DNA from: Candidatus Kaiserbacteria bacterium
GTDB lineage: Bacteria; Patescibacteriota; Minisyncoccia; Phycocordibacterales; UBA2100
NCBI GenBank assembly: GCA_027082835.1
Contig: JALWTP010000001.1
Coordinates: forward strand, 1 to 32,422
Direction: 5' to 3'
DNA: 32,422 nt
Position 1 is the first letter of the stretch. Each line of letters begins with the position of its first letter. The position numbers and the translations under genes are program-made. A model generated the notes under the pieces. The model searched no databases and was not told the DNA's origin. It worked only from the letters and a program-made list of their open reading frames with translations. Positions 10,184-18,932 of this stretch are shown piece after piece.

Positions 10184-10654
10184 ATGAACCAAGAAGAACA
10201 GTATTTAACGAAAGAAAAGTTTCAAGAATTAACAAAAGAACTTGAGTATCTTAAAACAACTCGGCGACGCGAGATAGCTGAACAGCTTGAATACGCACGA
10301 TCACTCGGAGATTTATCAGAAAATGCGGAGTATCAAGAGGCACGCGAAATACAAGGAGCTACCGAAGGTAGAATACGACAGTTAGAGACAATGCTCGCCC
10401 ACACAAATATAATAAAAGGAGCAAAGAAAAGCGGTGAAGTATTGTTGGGATCTAAGGTGACTATCCTCAAAAAAGGCGAAAAAGATGCACGAGAATACGA
10501 AATTGTAGGATCTGCAGAGGCAAATATGCGTGAGCGGAAAATATCGCATATGTCACCACTTGGAACCGCTATGATGGGTAAGAAAAAGGGAGAGTCTTTT
10601 GAGTTTGAAACACCAAACGGTGTGGTAACCTACAAAATAATGAAAGTGGCGTAG
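10184..10654 (+). CDS. greA: Transcription elongation factor GreA
   Basis: GDLSENAEY and SPLG motifs. Confidence 0.97.
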   Translation: MNQEEQYLTKEKFQELTKELEYLKTTRRREIAEQLEYARSLGDLSENAEYQEAREIQGATEGRIRQLETMLAHTNIIKGAKKSGEVLLGSKVTILKKGEKDAREYEIVGSAEANMRERKISHMSPLGTAMMGKKKGESFEFETPNGVVTYKIMKVA

Positions 10655-10714
10655 AGTCGCATTTAAAGCAGTTATTTTCTTTGGATATTGTATATTTTAG
10701 GGTACAATCGAGAA

Positions 10715-12289
10715 ATGTTTTGGACAGATAAAATAGCAGATGACATAAAAGAAAAATACGCCACTCAAATTGCACGCGGTGATGCTCTTATTGTGCGTGA
10801 TGAAAAAACCGCAAGTGGGCGTGTGCATATAGGGTCAATGCGCGGCGTTGTTATTCACAATGCCGTAGCAGAAGTGCTGAAAGAAAAAGGTGTAAATACA
10901 AAGTTTCTCTATGAAATAAACGATTTTGACCCGATGGACGGTATTCCAACATACCTTAATCAAGAAGAGTACAGGAAATATCTCGGGGTACCGCTTAAGT
11001 ATATTCCTGCGCCCGATGGTATCAGTGAGAATTTTGCAGAACAGTATGCTAATGAGTTTAAGGCAGTTATAGAAAACGCGGGGTTTGATGCGGAGTTTTA
11101 TCGAGCGAGCGAATTATACGAAACGGGAAAGATGAATGAGGTTATAGAAAAAGCTCTTAATAATGCTGAAAAAATACGAGCCATATACAAAGAAGTATCA
11201 GGATCAGAAAAACCTGAAGGATGGTTGCCAATCCATATGATATGTGAAAAATGTGGCAACGTGCTCACCACAAAAACAGTAGGATGGGATGGGAGCGAAG
11301 TGCAGTATGTTTGTGAAGAAAAAGAAGGTGTTGGTGGAGCTGTTGGCTGTGGGCATGAAGGGTCGCGAAGTCCGTTTGATGGAGGAGCAGAACTGCCATG
11401 GAAGGTGGAGTGGCCTGCAAAGTGGGCAGTTGTCGGAGTAGATGTAGAAGGAGCCGGTAAAGACCACTCTACTAAAGGTGGCGCGCGAGATGTCGCAAAC
11501 AACATTGCGAAAAAAGTGTTTGATTATAACCCTCCCTATGATATTCCGTACGAGTTTTTCTTGGTCGGTGGTGCAAAGATGTCGTCATCTAAAGGTAAGG
11601 GCTCGTCATCAGCTGATGTTGCTTCGCTATTGCCAACACATATATTTCGATTGGCGCTCTTGGGTACTCGTCCAATGCGTGCAATTAATTTTGACCTTGA
11701 TGGCGCTACGATACCGGCGTTGTTTGATAGGTATGATACTATCGCGGAAAAGTATTGGAACGGCGAAGAAGATGACGATGCACGGCTGTTTGAGCTGATA
11801 CACAAGAGAAGTGTTCCGGAGCGATACTACCGTATGCGTTTTTCACAAGTCGCCTTTATCTCTCAGATGCCACATATGGACATTATGAAAGAAGCCGAAG
11901 GAGAAAAGAGTGATGCACTCACGCAACAAGAGAAAGATGATCTTAATGAGAGGGTGGAGTATGCACGGGCGTGGCTTGAGAAGTATGCACCGGAGCGATA
12001 TGTCTTTGAATTGCAACGCGGAGATAGTACGACTGAGTTTTCAGCACTGCAAAAAGATGCGTTTGCGCGCATTGCAAAATATATACAAGAACATAGCGCG
12101 TTGGTAGGAGAGGAACTGCATCACTTCGTACACAGTATTCAGAAGGAGGGGGAAATAGATGCAAAGGAGCTATTTTCAGGCATCTATCAACTATTCTTAG
12201 GAAGAGACTCCGGCCCGCAGGTAGGATGGTTTTTGAGTGTACTCCCACGAGAGTATCTACTCGAGCGACTACAAGGTGTTTCAAATTAA
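10715..12289 (+). CDS. lysS: Lysyl-tRNA synthetase, class I
   Basis: MFWTD start, SGRVHIGS (HIGH-like), WKVEWPAKW, GKDH, KMSSSKG, GRDSGPQ. Confidence 0.95.
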   Translation: MFWTDKIADDIKEKYATQIARGDALIVRDEKTASGRVHIGSMRGVVIHNAVAEVLKEKGVNTKFLYEINDFDPMDGIPTYLNQEEYRKYLGVPLKYIPAPDGISENFAEQYANEFKAVIENAGFDAEFYRASELYETGKMNEVIEKALNNAEKIRAIYKEVSGSEKPEGWLPIHMICEKCGNVLTTKTVGWDGSEVQYVCEEKEGVGGAVGCGHEGSRSPFDGGAELPWKVEWPAKWAVVGVDVEGAGKDHSTKGGARDVANNIAKKVFDYNPPYDIPYEFFLVGGAKMSSSKGKGSSSADVASLLPTHIFRLALLGTRPMRAINFDLDGATIPALFDRYDTIAEKYWNGEEDDDARLFELIHKRSVPERYYRMRFSQVAFISQMPHMDIMKEAEGEKSDALTQQEKDDLNERVEYARAWLEKYAPERYVFELQRGDSTTEFSALQKDAFARIAKYIQEHSALVGEELHHFVHSIQKEGEIDAKELFSGIYQLFLGRDSGPQVGWFLSVLPREYLLERLQGVSN

Positions 12290-12298
12290 ATGTAACTT

Positions 12299-12453
12299 AT
12301 GGGCAAGGGGGCTCCTTGCCCATTTGTTCGTATGCCTTCAATTCATTCCTAAAAACATTTTATACTGCGATGCATCGCAGTATTTTTAGTTCCAATGTTC
12401 TAGGGAGGCCTGGAATATTGGAGTAGTTCACACCTGCTTTTGTAGGTGTTTTT
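12299..12453 (+). ncRNA. Candidate structured RNA (four hairpins ending in an intrinsic terminator)
   Basis: Stems at 12299-12323, 12362-12383, 12391-12422 and 12430-12449, then a T-tract. G-U pairs work on the + strand. Confidence 0.4.
12430..12453 (+). terminator. Intrinsic terminator downstream of lysS
   Basis: ACACCTGC-TTTT-GTAGGTGT followed by TTTT. Confidence 0.6.
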
Positions 12454-12456
12454 GTG

Positions 12457-12465
12457 TGTGGATAA
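12457..12465 (-). promoter_or_regulatory. DnaA box upstream of mraZ
   Basis: TGTGGATAA is the exact reverse complement of the consensus TTATCCACA. Confidence 0.55.
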
Positions 12466-12476
12466 ATAGCACCAGA

Positions 12477-12522
12477 GTGGGGCGAAGTGTGATAAGATTA
12501 CATTCAAGTGGGAGAAAGTGGG
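12477..12522 (+). promoter_or_regulatory. MraZ-binding repeats and dcw promoter
   Basis: GTGGG 12477, GTGTG 12487, GTGGG 12508 and GTGGG 12518 (10-bp spaced pairs) flank an extended -10, TGaTAAGAT (12490-12498). Confidence 0.75.
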
Positions 12523-12553
12523 AAATCTACAATCTCTTCACAAAACACACACT

Positions 12554-12988
12554 ATGCTTCTCGGAGAATACACACACACATTGGATGACAAAAAGAGAGT
12601 AACGCTCCCAAAGAAATTCAAAGATGCTCTCGGAAAGAAGTTGGTTATTACCCGTGGTTTGGACAATTGTCTTTTTGTGTATTCAGAGAAGGAATGGAAC
12701 GCAATAGCGAAGCGATTGCGTGAATTAAGTTTTGCTCAGGCAGATACGCGAGGATTTAACCGTTTTATGTTTTCAGGAGCAGTTCAGGTAAATGCAGACG
12801 GGGCAGGAAGAATATTGGTACCGGATCATTTAAAGAAATTTGCAACACTCAAGACCAAAGTGGTCTTGGCAGGTGTTGCAGATCGGGTCGAGATTTGGGA
12901 TGAGGCACGATGGAATACTTACCAGAAGCGCATTGAAAGCCAAGGAGATGCAATGGCAGAAAAGCTTGGTGAAATCGGTGTTTTGTAA
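12554..12988 (+). CDS. mraZ: Division/cell wall cluster transcriptional repressor MraZ
   Basis: MLLGEYTHTLDDKKRV, TRGLDNCL, DGAGRILVP, RVEIWD. Confidence 0.97.
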   Translation: MLLGEYTHTLDDKKRVTLPKKFKDALGKKLVITRGLDNCLFVYSEKEWNAIAKRLRELSFAQADTRGFNRFMFSGAVQVNADGAGRILVPDHLKKFATLKTKVVLAGVADRVEIWDEARWNTYQKRIESQGDAMAEKLGEIGVL

Positions 12989-13109
12989 TTATTAGTTTAA
13001 GTAGTAAAAACGCATATATCCAGCAACAACGGTTATTGGTTACATCTAGTTGCTGGAGGATTATCCATAGTCATGCGCACTCAATATTATGCAATCCTCC
13101 AGCGGCTCG

Positions 13110-14015
13110 ATGTCGACAATAACACACACCCGACACATACCTGTTCTTTTACAAGAAGTACTCTCAGTACTTAACATACAAAAAACCGATACTGTCTTAG
13201 ACGGCACTTTAGGTGGTGGCGGACATGCGGGGGCTTTTGCGTCACTTTTAGGAGGCAAAGGACATTTCATAGGATTTGATCTTGATGATGATGCTATTGA
13301 GCGAGCAAAGCATAAAACTGAGCTCTACGATATACCAAAGACTTTTATAAAATCTAATTTTAGATTTGCACAGAAGGCATTGCAATCAAGAGAGATACCA
13401 AAGGTAGACAAAGCTTTTTTTGATCTCGGATTTAGTAGTGATCAATTGGAGGTATCTGGAAGAGGATTTAGTTTTCAAGGTGATGAGCCACTGCTTATGA
13501 CACTAAATAACGAAGTAGAGGATGGCACGCTGACTGCGTACGAAATTGTTAACTCATGGCAAGAAGAAAACATTGCCGACATCATTTATGGATGGGGAGG
13601 CGAGAGATATTCACGCAGAATAGCGAAAGCCATAGTGAACGCTCGTGCCAAAGAAAACATAAAAACCACAAAACAATTAGCAGACATTGTAGAGGGAGTA
13701 ATGCCGAGACGAGGCAAGATTCATCCGGCTACTAAAACATTTCAAGCACTTCGTATTGCGGTTAATGATGAAATAGGAGCATTGTCTGAGTTGCTCCAAA
13801 CACTGCCATCATTTATGAACTCCGGTGGAATTGTAGCATTCCTAACCTTTCATTCCATTGAAGACCGATTAGTAAAGCAGATATTTAGGAAATGGGCTCG
13901 CGAGGAAGGTATCGGAACTATTGTAACAAAAAAGCCAATTGTCGCATCAGATGAGGAAATAACACACAATCCTCGTGCGCGGAGCGCAAAACTACGGGCA
14001 TTTAAATTTAATTAA
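13110..14015 (+). CDS. rsmH: 16S rRNA C1402 N4-methyltransferase
   Basis: HIPVLL, DGTLGGGGH, DLGFSS, HPATKTFQALRI, FHSIEDR, NPRARSAKLR. Start is 13089 or 13110. Confidence 0.96.
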   Translation: MSTITHTRHIPVLLQEVLSVLNIQKTDTVLDGTLGGGGHAGAFASLLGGKGHFIGFDLDDDAIERAKHKTELYDIPKTFIKSNFRFAQKALQSREIPKVDKAFFDLGFSSDQLEVSGRGFSFQGDEPLLMTLNNEVEDGTLTAYEIVNSWQEENIADIIYGWGGERYSRRIAKAIVNARAKENIKTTKQLADIVEGVMPRRGKIHPATKTFQALRIAVNDEIGALSELLQTLPSFMNSGGIVAFLTFHSIEDRLVKQIFRKWAREEGIGTIVTKKPIVASDEEITHNPRARSAKLRAFKFN

Positions 14016-14030
14016 TAATACACACAACTT

Positions 14031-14387
14031 ATGCAACACACACTCACACACACAACACACACACTATACAAAACAGCAGATACAATATCTCGTACTTTTA
14101 GTAATTCAATACGATTTATATCAAGCGGACTCTTTTTAATGTCTATTGCTCTTTTAGTCGCTTATATGTATTTACTTATCAATTCAATTATGCTAACTGT
14201 AGAGCAAAAGGATATACAAAATAGTATACAAACAACACACACTCACCTCTCTACACTTGAGGGAGAATATCTAAACGCAAAAGAATCACTAACAAAAGAA
14301 AATGCTCTCTCTATGGGTTTCGTTTCAATTACTAACAAAACATATGCAAATAGAACAAGTTATATCGGTCAAGCTGATGTACAATAA
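14031..14387 (+). CDS. ftsL: Cell division protein FtsL-like
   Basis: Single TM helix plus coiled coil, ending A..MGF; position between rsmH and ftsI. Confidence 0.7.
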   Translation: MQHTLTHTTHTLYKTADTISRTFSNSIRFISSGLFLMSIALLVAYMYLLINSIMLTVEQKDIQNSIQTTHTHLSTLEGEYLNAKESLTKENALSMGFVSITNKTYANRTSYIGQADVQ

Positions 14388-14392
14388 GGCAC

Positions 14393-16114
14393 ATGAGTCG
14401 TGTGCAGAAACGAGAAGCATATAGAAAAAGAATTAATACTATTTTGGCCGCTCTTTTTTTAATTGCGATTATAATTATAGTGCGGTTGTTTTTACTTCAA
14501 ATAATAAATGGAGAAAAATACTACAAGCAGGCAGAGAGGCAGTATGTAAGTATAACTGATGATAATTTCAATCGTGGCAGTATTTTTTTCACCGATAAAG
14601 ACGGTAAGGAAATTGCAGCAGCGACGCTTAAATCGGGCTATAGTATATCTGTTAATCCGCAAGAAGTTGAAAATGCAGAAGAAGTAATAAAGACCGTTGC
14701 TCCGTATTCAAAATATTCCGAGACTGATATAAGAAGCAAGGTTCTCAATAAGAGGAGAACATATGAAGCACTTGCAAATAGAGTTTCTACTACAGATGAG
14801 GCGAAATTATATGCGCTACATATACCGGGTCTACATTTTAGTAGGCAATCATGGCGCTATTACCCCGGTGGAAGCCTTGCCTCACACACTATAGGATTTG
14901 TGGGATATGATAAAAACATCCAAGATGGACGATATGGGCTTGAGCGATATTATGAATATGTGCTAAATCGATCTGGAAGTTCAATCTATGTAAACATTTT
15001 CGCCAACTTGTTTTCTGGAGTGCGCGATTCACTTTTGGGTAAGCCGGATAAGCAGGAGGGGGATGTAATAACTACGATAGAGCCGACTGTACAATTACAT
15101 TTGGAACAGGTTTTGGAAAAGGTACAAGAAAAGTATCATTCAAAGTTTAGTGCAGGTATTGTTATAGATCCTAAAACTGGGAAAATATATGCACTTGCTG
15201 TAGCTCCTTCGTTTGACTTGAATAATTTTAGGAATGCACAAACATGGCAGTATCCCAACCCGCTTGTAGAGCGTGTGTATGAGATGGGTTCTATTATGAA
15301 ACCGTTAACTGTGGCAGCAGGATTGGATGCAGGAGTTATCAAAAGTGATAGCACCTATAACGATACGGGTTCTGTAGTACTCAATGGTAGCAGAATATCT
15401 AATTATGATAAAAAAGCACGAGGTATCGTACCAGTACAAGAAATACTATCGCAGTCACTCAATGTCGGCGCTGCACATGTGGAACATCTTTTAGGAAACG
15501 ATACATTTAGAGCATATATGAAAAAGTACGGCATTCTTGAAGAGACTGGTATAGACCTTCCAAACGAAGCTCAAAATATAACGAATAACCTTAATAGTCC
15601 ACGCGATATCGAGTATGCGACTGCAAGTTTTGGACAAGGAATAGCACTGACACCAATGAGTATGGCAAGAGCGTTGAGTGTGTTGCCTGATGGGTATATA
15701 GAACAGCCGTCTGTTGCCTCTAAAACAATTACGACCGCAGGAGTGGTACATACCATAGACAATTCAGATACACGAGAACAGGTCCTCAAGCCCGAGACGG
15801 TGGAGACAATAAATAGGATGCTGACAAAAGTATATGATGATGCACTGCTTGGTGGAAAGGTTAAAATGGAGCATTATAGTATTGCATCTAAAACAGGTAC
15901 TGCACAGATCGCGTCTCCGGATGGGAAGTATTATAAAGATAAGTACCTCCACTCATTTTTCGGTTACTTCCCATCATATAATGCGCGATTCTTAATCTTT
16001 TTGATGACCGTAGAGCCAAAAGGTGAATTGTACGCTTCGCATACACTTACCTATCCGTTTGTAGATATGACGAAGTTCTTAATAAACTATTATGATATTC
16101 CGCCCGACCGATAA
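14393..16114 (+). CDS. ftsI: Penicillin-binding protein 3 / FtsI-like
   Basis: RGSIFF, RYYP, GLE; SxxK (SIMK), SLN and KTG motifs; dcw synteny. Confidence 0.88.
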   Translation: MSRVQKREAYRKRINTILAALFLIAIIIIVRLFLLQIINGEKYYKQAERQYVSITDDNFNRGSIFFTDKDGKEIAAATLKSGYSISVNPQEVENAEEVIKTVAPYSKYSETDIRSKVLNKRRTYEALANRVSTTDEAKLYALHIPGLHFSRQSWRYYPGGSLASHTIGFVGYDKNIQDGRYGLERYYEYVLNRSGSSIYVNIFANLFSGVRDSLLGKPDKQEGDVITTIEPTVQLHLEQVLEKVQEKYHSKFSAGIVIDPKTGKIYALAVAPSFDLNNFRNAQTWQYPNPLVERVYEMGSIMKPLTVAAGLDAGVIKSDSTYNDTGSVVLNGSRISNYDKKARGIVPVQEILSQSLNVGAAHVEHLLGNDTFRAYMKKYGILEETGIDLPNEAQNITNNLNSPRDIEYATASFGQGIALTPMSMARALSVLPDGYIEQPSVASKTITTAGVVHTIDNSDTREQVLKPETVETINRMLTKVYDDALLGGKVKMEHYSIASKTGTAQIASPDGKYYKDKYLHSFFGYFPSYNARFLIFLMTVEPKGELYASHTLTYPFVDMTKFLINYYDIPPDR

Positions 16115-16151
16115 GATGCGAATATAAAAAATGGGGCTATAATAGGGAAGT

Positions 16152-17474
16152 ATGTTTATTAAATCATTTTTCAAATTTATTGTTGTTGAAATACTAACGA
16201 TAGAAGCACGCATAGTGTTGTGGAAATATAAACCGAGTATTATCTCGGTGACGGGAAGCGTGGGAAAGACAAGCACGAAAGACGCGGTCTATGCTGCCTT
16301 GGAAGACTCACTTTACATACGCAAAAGTGAAAAGAGTTTTAATGGTGAGATTGGCATTCCGCTTACGGTGCTGGGATGTCCTACCGGATGGAACAATCCA
16401 TTTAAGTGGCTCAAAAATATTTTCACCGGATTGGCGCTCATACTGTTGCCAAATCACTATCCTAAATGGCTTGTACTTGAAGTGGGGGCGGACCATCCCG
16501 GCGATATAGAGAGGATATCAAAATGGCTACACTCGGATGTTGTCATTATTACTTCGCTTCCTGACATACCAGTACATGTTGCTCACTTTAAGTCACCACA
16601 AGAAGTGATTACGGAAAAGCTATATCTTATCAAGACACTTAAAAATCAAGGGACTCTAATACTCAATGGTGACGACAAAAATACGCGTGAGCTTAAAGAG
16701 CGATACCCAGATATCTATACGCTTTTGTATGGTTTGGAATTGCATAACGATGTCGCTGCAACACATGTGGCTATTGATTACGATGCAAACAAGGTACCAT
16801 GTGGAATGAAGTTCAATGTGGAAGAGAGAGGTTCAAGTATGCCGGTTTCTTTCAAAGGGCGCCTCGGTCCTCAACAGGTCATTCCGATAGTTGCGGCGTT
16901 TGCCACCGCTCGCGTGGTGGGGGTGAGTCCTCTGATGGTTGTACGGTCGCTGAAAAAAGGGTGTGGTTCTCCGGGTAGGATGCGAATACTCAGTGGGCAT
17001 AACGATAGTACTATTATAGATGACAGCTACAACTCATCGCCTGAGGCTCTTCGTGCGGCGCTTACGGTACTCAAGAAAATAGAAACAAAAGGGAAGAAAT
17101 GGGCGATTATTGGTGATATGCGCGAATTGGGTAACTATAGCAAAAAAGCACATCAAAAAGCTGGGGTATATGTCGCAAGTATTGCAGATGAGTTGGTAAC
17201 GGTTGGCGAGGAGAGTTTGGTTTTAGCAACGGCGGCGCGTGAGGCAGGTATGGCAGAGGAACATATACATAGTTTTGGATACGATGAGTCCGCAAAAGCG
17301 GGGAGGTTTGTGCGAAAGCACATACAGCCAAATGATATAATTCTCGGTAAAGGATCACAAAATCACATTCGCATTGAGCGTGCTGTAAGAGAGTTGTTGA
17401 AGGATGTTACGCTCGCAAAAACAGTTTTGGTGCGACAAGATGATGAGTGGAATATCTTACGCCGTAACAGTTGA
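16152..17474 (+). CDS. murF: UDP-N-acetylmuramoyl-tripeptide--D-Ala-D-Ala ligase
   Basis: VTGSVGKTSTK, DDSYNSSP, GDMRELG, KGSQ. Confidence 0.9.
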   Translation: MFIKSFFKFIVVEILTIEARIVLWKYKPSIISVTGSVGKTSTKDAVYAALEDSLYIRKSEKSFNGEIGIPLTVLGCPTGWNNPFKWLKNIFTGLALILLPNHYPKWLVLEVGADHPGDIERISKWLHSDVVIITSLPDIPVHVAHFKSPQEVITEKLYLIKTLKNQGTLILNGDDKNTRELKERYPDIYTLLYGLELHNDVAATHVAIDYDANKVPCGMKFNVEERGSSMPVSFKGRLGPQQVIPIVAAFATARVVGVSPLMVVRSLKKGCGSPGRMRILSGHNDSTIIDDSYNSSPEALRAALTVLKKIETKGKKWAIIGDMRELGNYSKKAHQKAGVYVASIADELVTVGEESLVLATAAREAGMAEEHIHSFGYDESAKAGRFVRKHIQPNDIILGKGSQNHIRIERAVRELLKDVTLAKTVLVRQDDEWNILRRNS

Positions 17475-17499
17475 TTTTTATATAAACGGAGCGTATGCT
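17471..17499 (+). promoter_or_regulatory. Sigma70-type promoter of a candidate sRNA
   Basis: TTGATT-17 nt-TATGCT. Confidence 0.55.
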
Positions 17500-17501
17500 A
17501 C

Positions 17502-17590
17502 TAATGGCCTTAACTTAAGTGCGGCCATTACCCCTTGCAGGACCAATGTTCCCCCCAGAACTGTCCCCTCCTGCGAGGGGCTTTCTTTTA
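17502..17590 (+). ncRNA. Candidate small RNA with C-rich loops
   Basis: 8-bp stem 17502-17530, 12-bp stem 17531-17542/17569-17580 (one G-U), U-rich tail, upstream promoter. Confidence 0.45.
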
Positions 17591-17632
17591 CTTTATTTAT
17601 ATGACATTTTTGCTATAGTAGGCAGACAACTT

Positions 17633-17704
17633 GGCGCGTTCGTCTAACGGCTAGGACACCGCCCTCTCACGGCGGCAATACGGGTTCGATTCCCGTACGC
17701 GTCA
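17633..17704 (+). tRNA. tRNA-Glu (CTC), no encoded CCA
   Basis: Acceptor GGCGCGT/ACGCGTC; anticodon arm CCGCC-CT CTC AC-GGCGG; T-loop GTTCGAT. Confidence 0.96.
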
Positions 17705-17709
17705 CACAC

Positions 17710-17751
17710 AAAAAAGAAAACCGACAGGCTTGCCTGTCGGTTTTCTTTTTT
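17710..17751. terminator. Bidirectional terminator between tRNA-Glu and csp
   Basis: Perfect inverted repeat AAAAAAGAAAACCGACAGG-CTTG-CCTGTCGGTTTTCTTTTTT. Confidence 0.9.
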
Positions 17752-17788
17752 AAGATTTCTCTTGTTTGCTTTGCAGTAGGGAAAGGTA

Positions 17789-17989
17789 TTATACCTTGCT
17801 TACTTGCTCTGCTTGTGGACCTTTTTGTCCATCAACAACATTGAATTCCACTGTATCGTTTTCACGAAGATCGTCAAAAGCTACATTTTGGAGTTCGTTT
17901 GCGTGGAAAAAGAGATCTTTTTCTTCACCGTCTACTTTGATAAAGCCGTAGCCTTTATCCATAAGACGAGCAATAGTTCCTTGTGTCAT
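17789..17989 (-). CDS. cspA: Cold-shock protein (CspA family)
   Basis: KGYGFI (RNP1), DLFFH (RNP2), GQKGPQA. Confidence 0.95.
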   Translation of the reverse strand: MTQGTIARLMDKGYGFIKVDGEEKDLFFHANELQNVAFDDLRENDTVEFNVVDGQKGPQAEQVSKV

Positions 17990-18081
17990 TTATTGGAATT
18001 TAAAAAATAATACTTCAAATAATCTACCTACAAATGAAACTCGACTACTATTACCTTTGATAGGGTTACTTGATACGGAGC

Positions 18082-18110
18082 ATTAAATCATATTTAGAGT
18101 TGTATGTCAA
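18082..18110 (-). promoter_or_regulatory. csp promoter giving a ~85-nt 5' UTR
   Basis: TTGACA-17 nt-TTTAAT with an extended TG. Confidence 0.7.
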
Positions 18111-18146
18111 TGTATATTTTGGATTGCACTTAACGCACCAGAACAA

Positions 18147-18881
18147 CTACACCAAAGCTTTTTGTAGTCTTTTAGTTAGGTGCTTTGCATACTTTCTACC
18201 AAAAAAGAGGAATAATAATATTATAACCGCGAGAATGACAGAGAGCGTTATGTTTTGCTGGTGAGCACTATGTCCGAGGTATGTGGTTAAAATAGACAGT
18301 GTCATTATACCAGTCGTCCAAGAGAGTATAAATGTTTTGTAGCGCATTTGTATAAGCCCGGATGTGTAGCCGGTAATGTTTGCAGTCCCGACCGGTATGA
18401 GTGCAAGAAAGAAAACATTCCTCCCGGTGATGTAGGTTTTGTATGTCTCTATTTTTGAGAAGAAAACGGGGAACTTCTCTTTGGTTAGAAAAGGTCTGAT
18501 GATGTGCTTTCCTATTGCAAAATTAACTGAGGCTCCTAGTACTTCGCCCACAAGAATGAGCGCAATGGAGGTAATAGGAGTGAATAAGTAACCGCCAATA
18601 AGGCCGAGTGTAGAACTGGGTAGCGGGCTCATAACGGTGAGGGCTACTATAAGAGCAAATACTATATATGAGAATATACCTGCACTTTGTACGAAGGCAA
18701 TGATGGTTTGTGCATTTATAACATAATTCTCGCGTATTTCGTTGCCGAGAATATATAAAAGTATAAAAATAAGTCCGGTAATAATGCCGTATATAAAAAA
18801 CCTACTTCGTGGAATGCGAAATGGTGTTACTTCTACTAATCTTTCTAGAAATCGTTTAAATATCGTAATTGGTATAAACAC
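18147..18881 (-). CDS. TVP38/TMEM64 (DedA/VTT domain) membrane protein
   Basis: PLPSSTLGLIGGYLF, GASVNFAIGK and LIPVGTANITGYTSG patterns; GTG start 6 nt after TATACT. Confidence 0.8.
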   Translation of the reverse strand: MFIPITIFKRFLERLVEVTPFRIPRSRFFIYGIITGLIFILLYILGNEIRENYVINAQTIIAFVQSAGIFSYIVFALIVALTVMSPLPSSTLGLIGGYLFTPITSIALILVGEVLGASVNFAIGKHIIRPFLTKEKFPVFFSKIETYKTYITGRNVFFLALIPVGTANITGYTSGLIQMRYKTFILSWTTGIMTLSILTTYLGHSAHQQNITLSVILAVIILLFLFFGRKYAKHLTKRLQKALV

Positions 18882-18932
18882 AGTTATAGTATATCAAACA
18901 TTTAATACCGGTAGAGGATATTCACATTTACT

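Noticed and set aside
13073-13174. 33-codon ORF starting 12 nt after the GGAGGA, overlapping rsmH out of frame
   Set aside because: SD spacing is long and there is no coding evidence. Kept only as context for the RNA-switch finding.
17504-17518. Four-codon ORF MALT* after the 17471 promoter
   Set aside because: It is too short to support, and the ATG is only 4 nt from the -10 box, probably upstream of +1.
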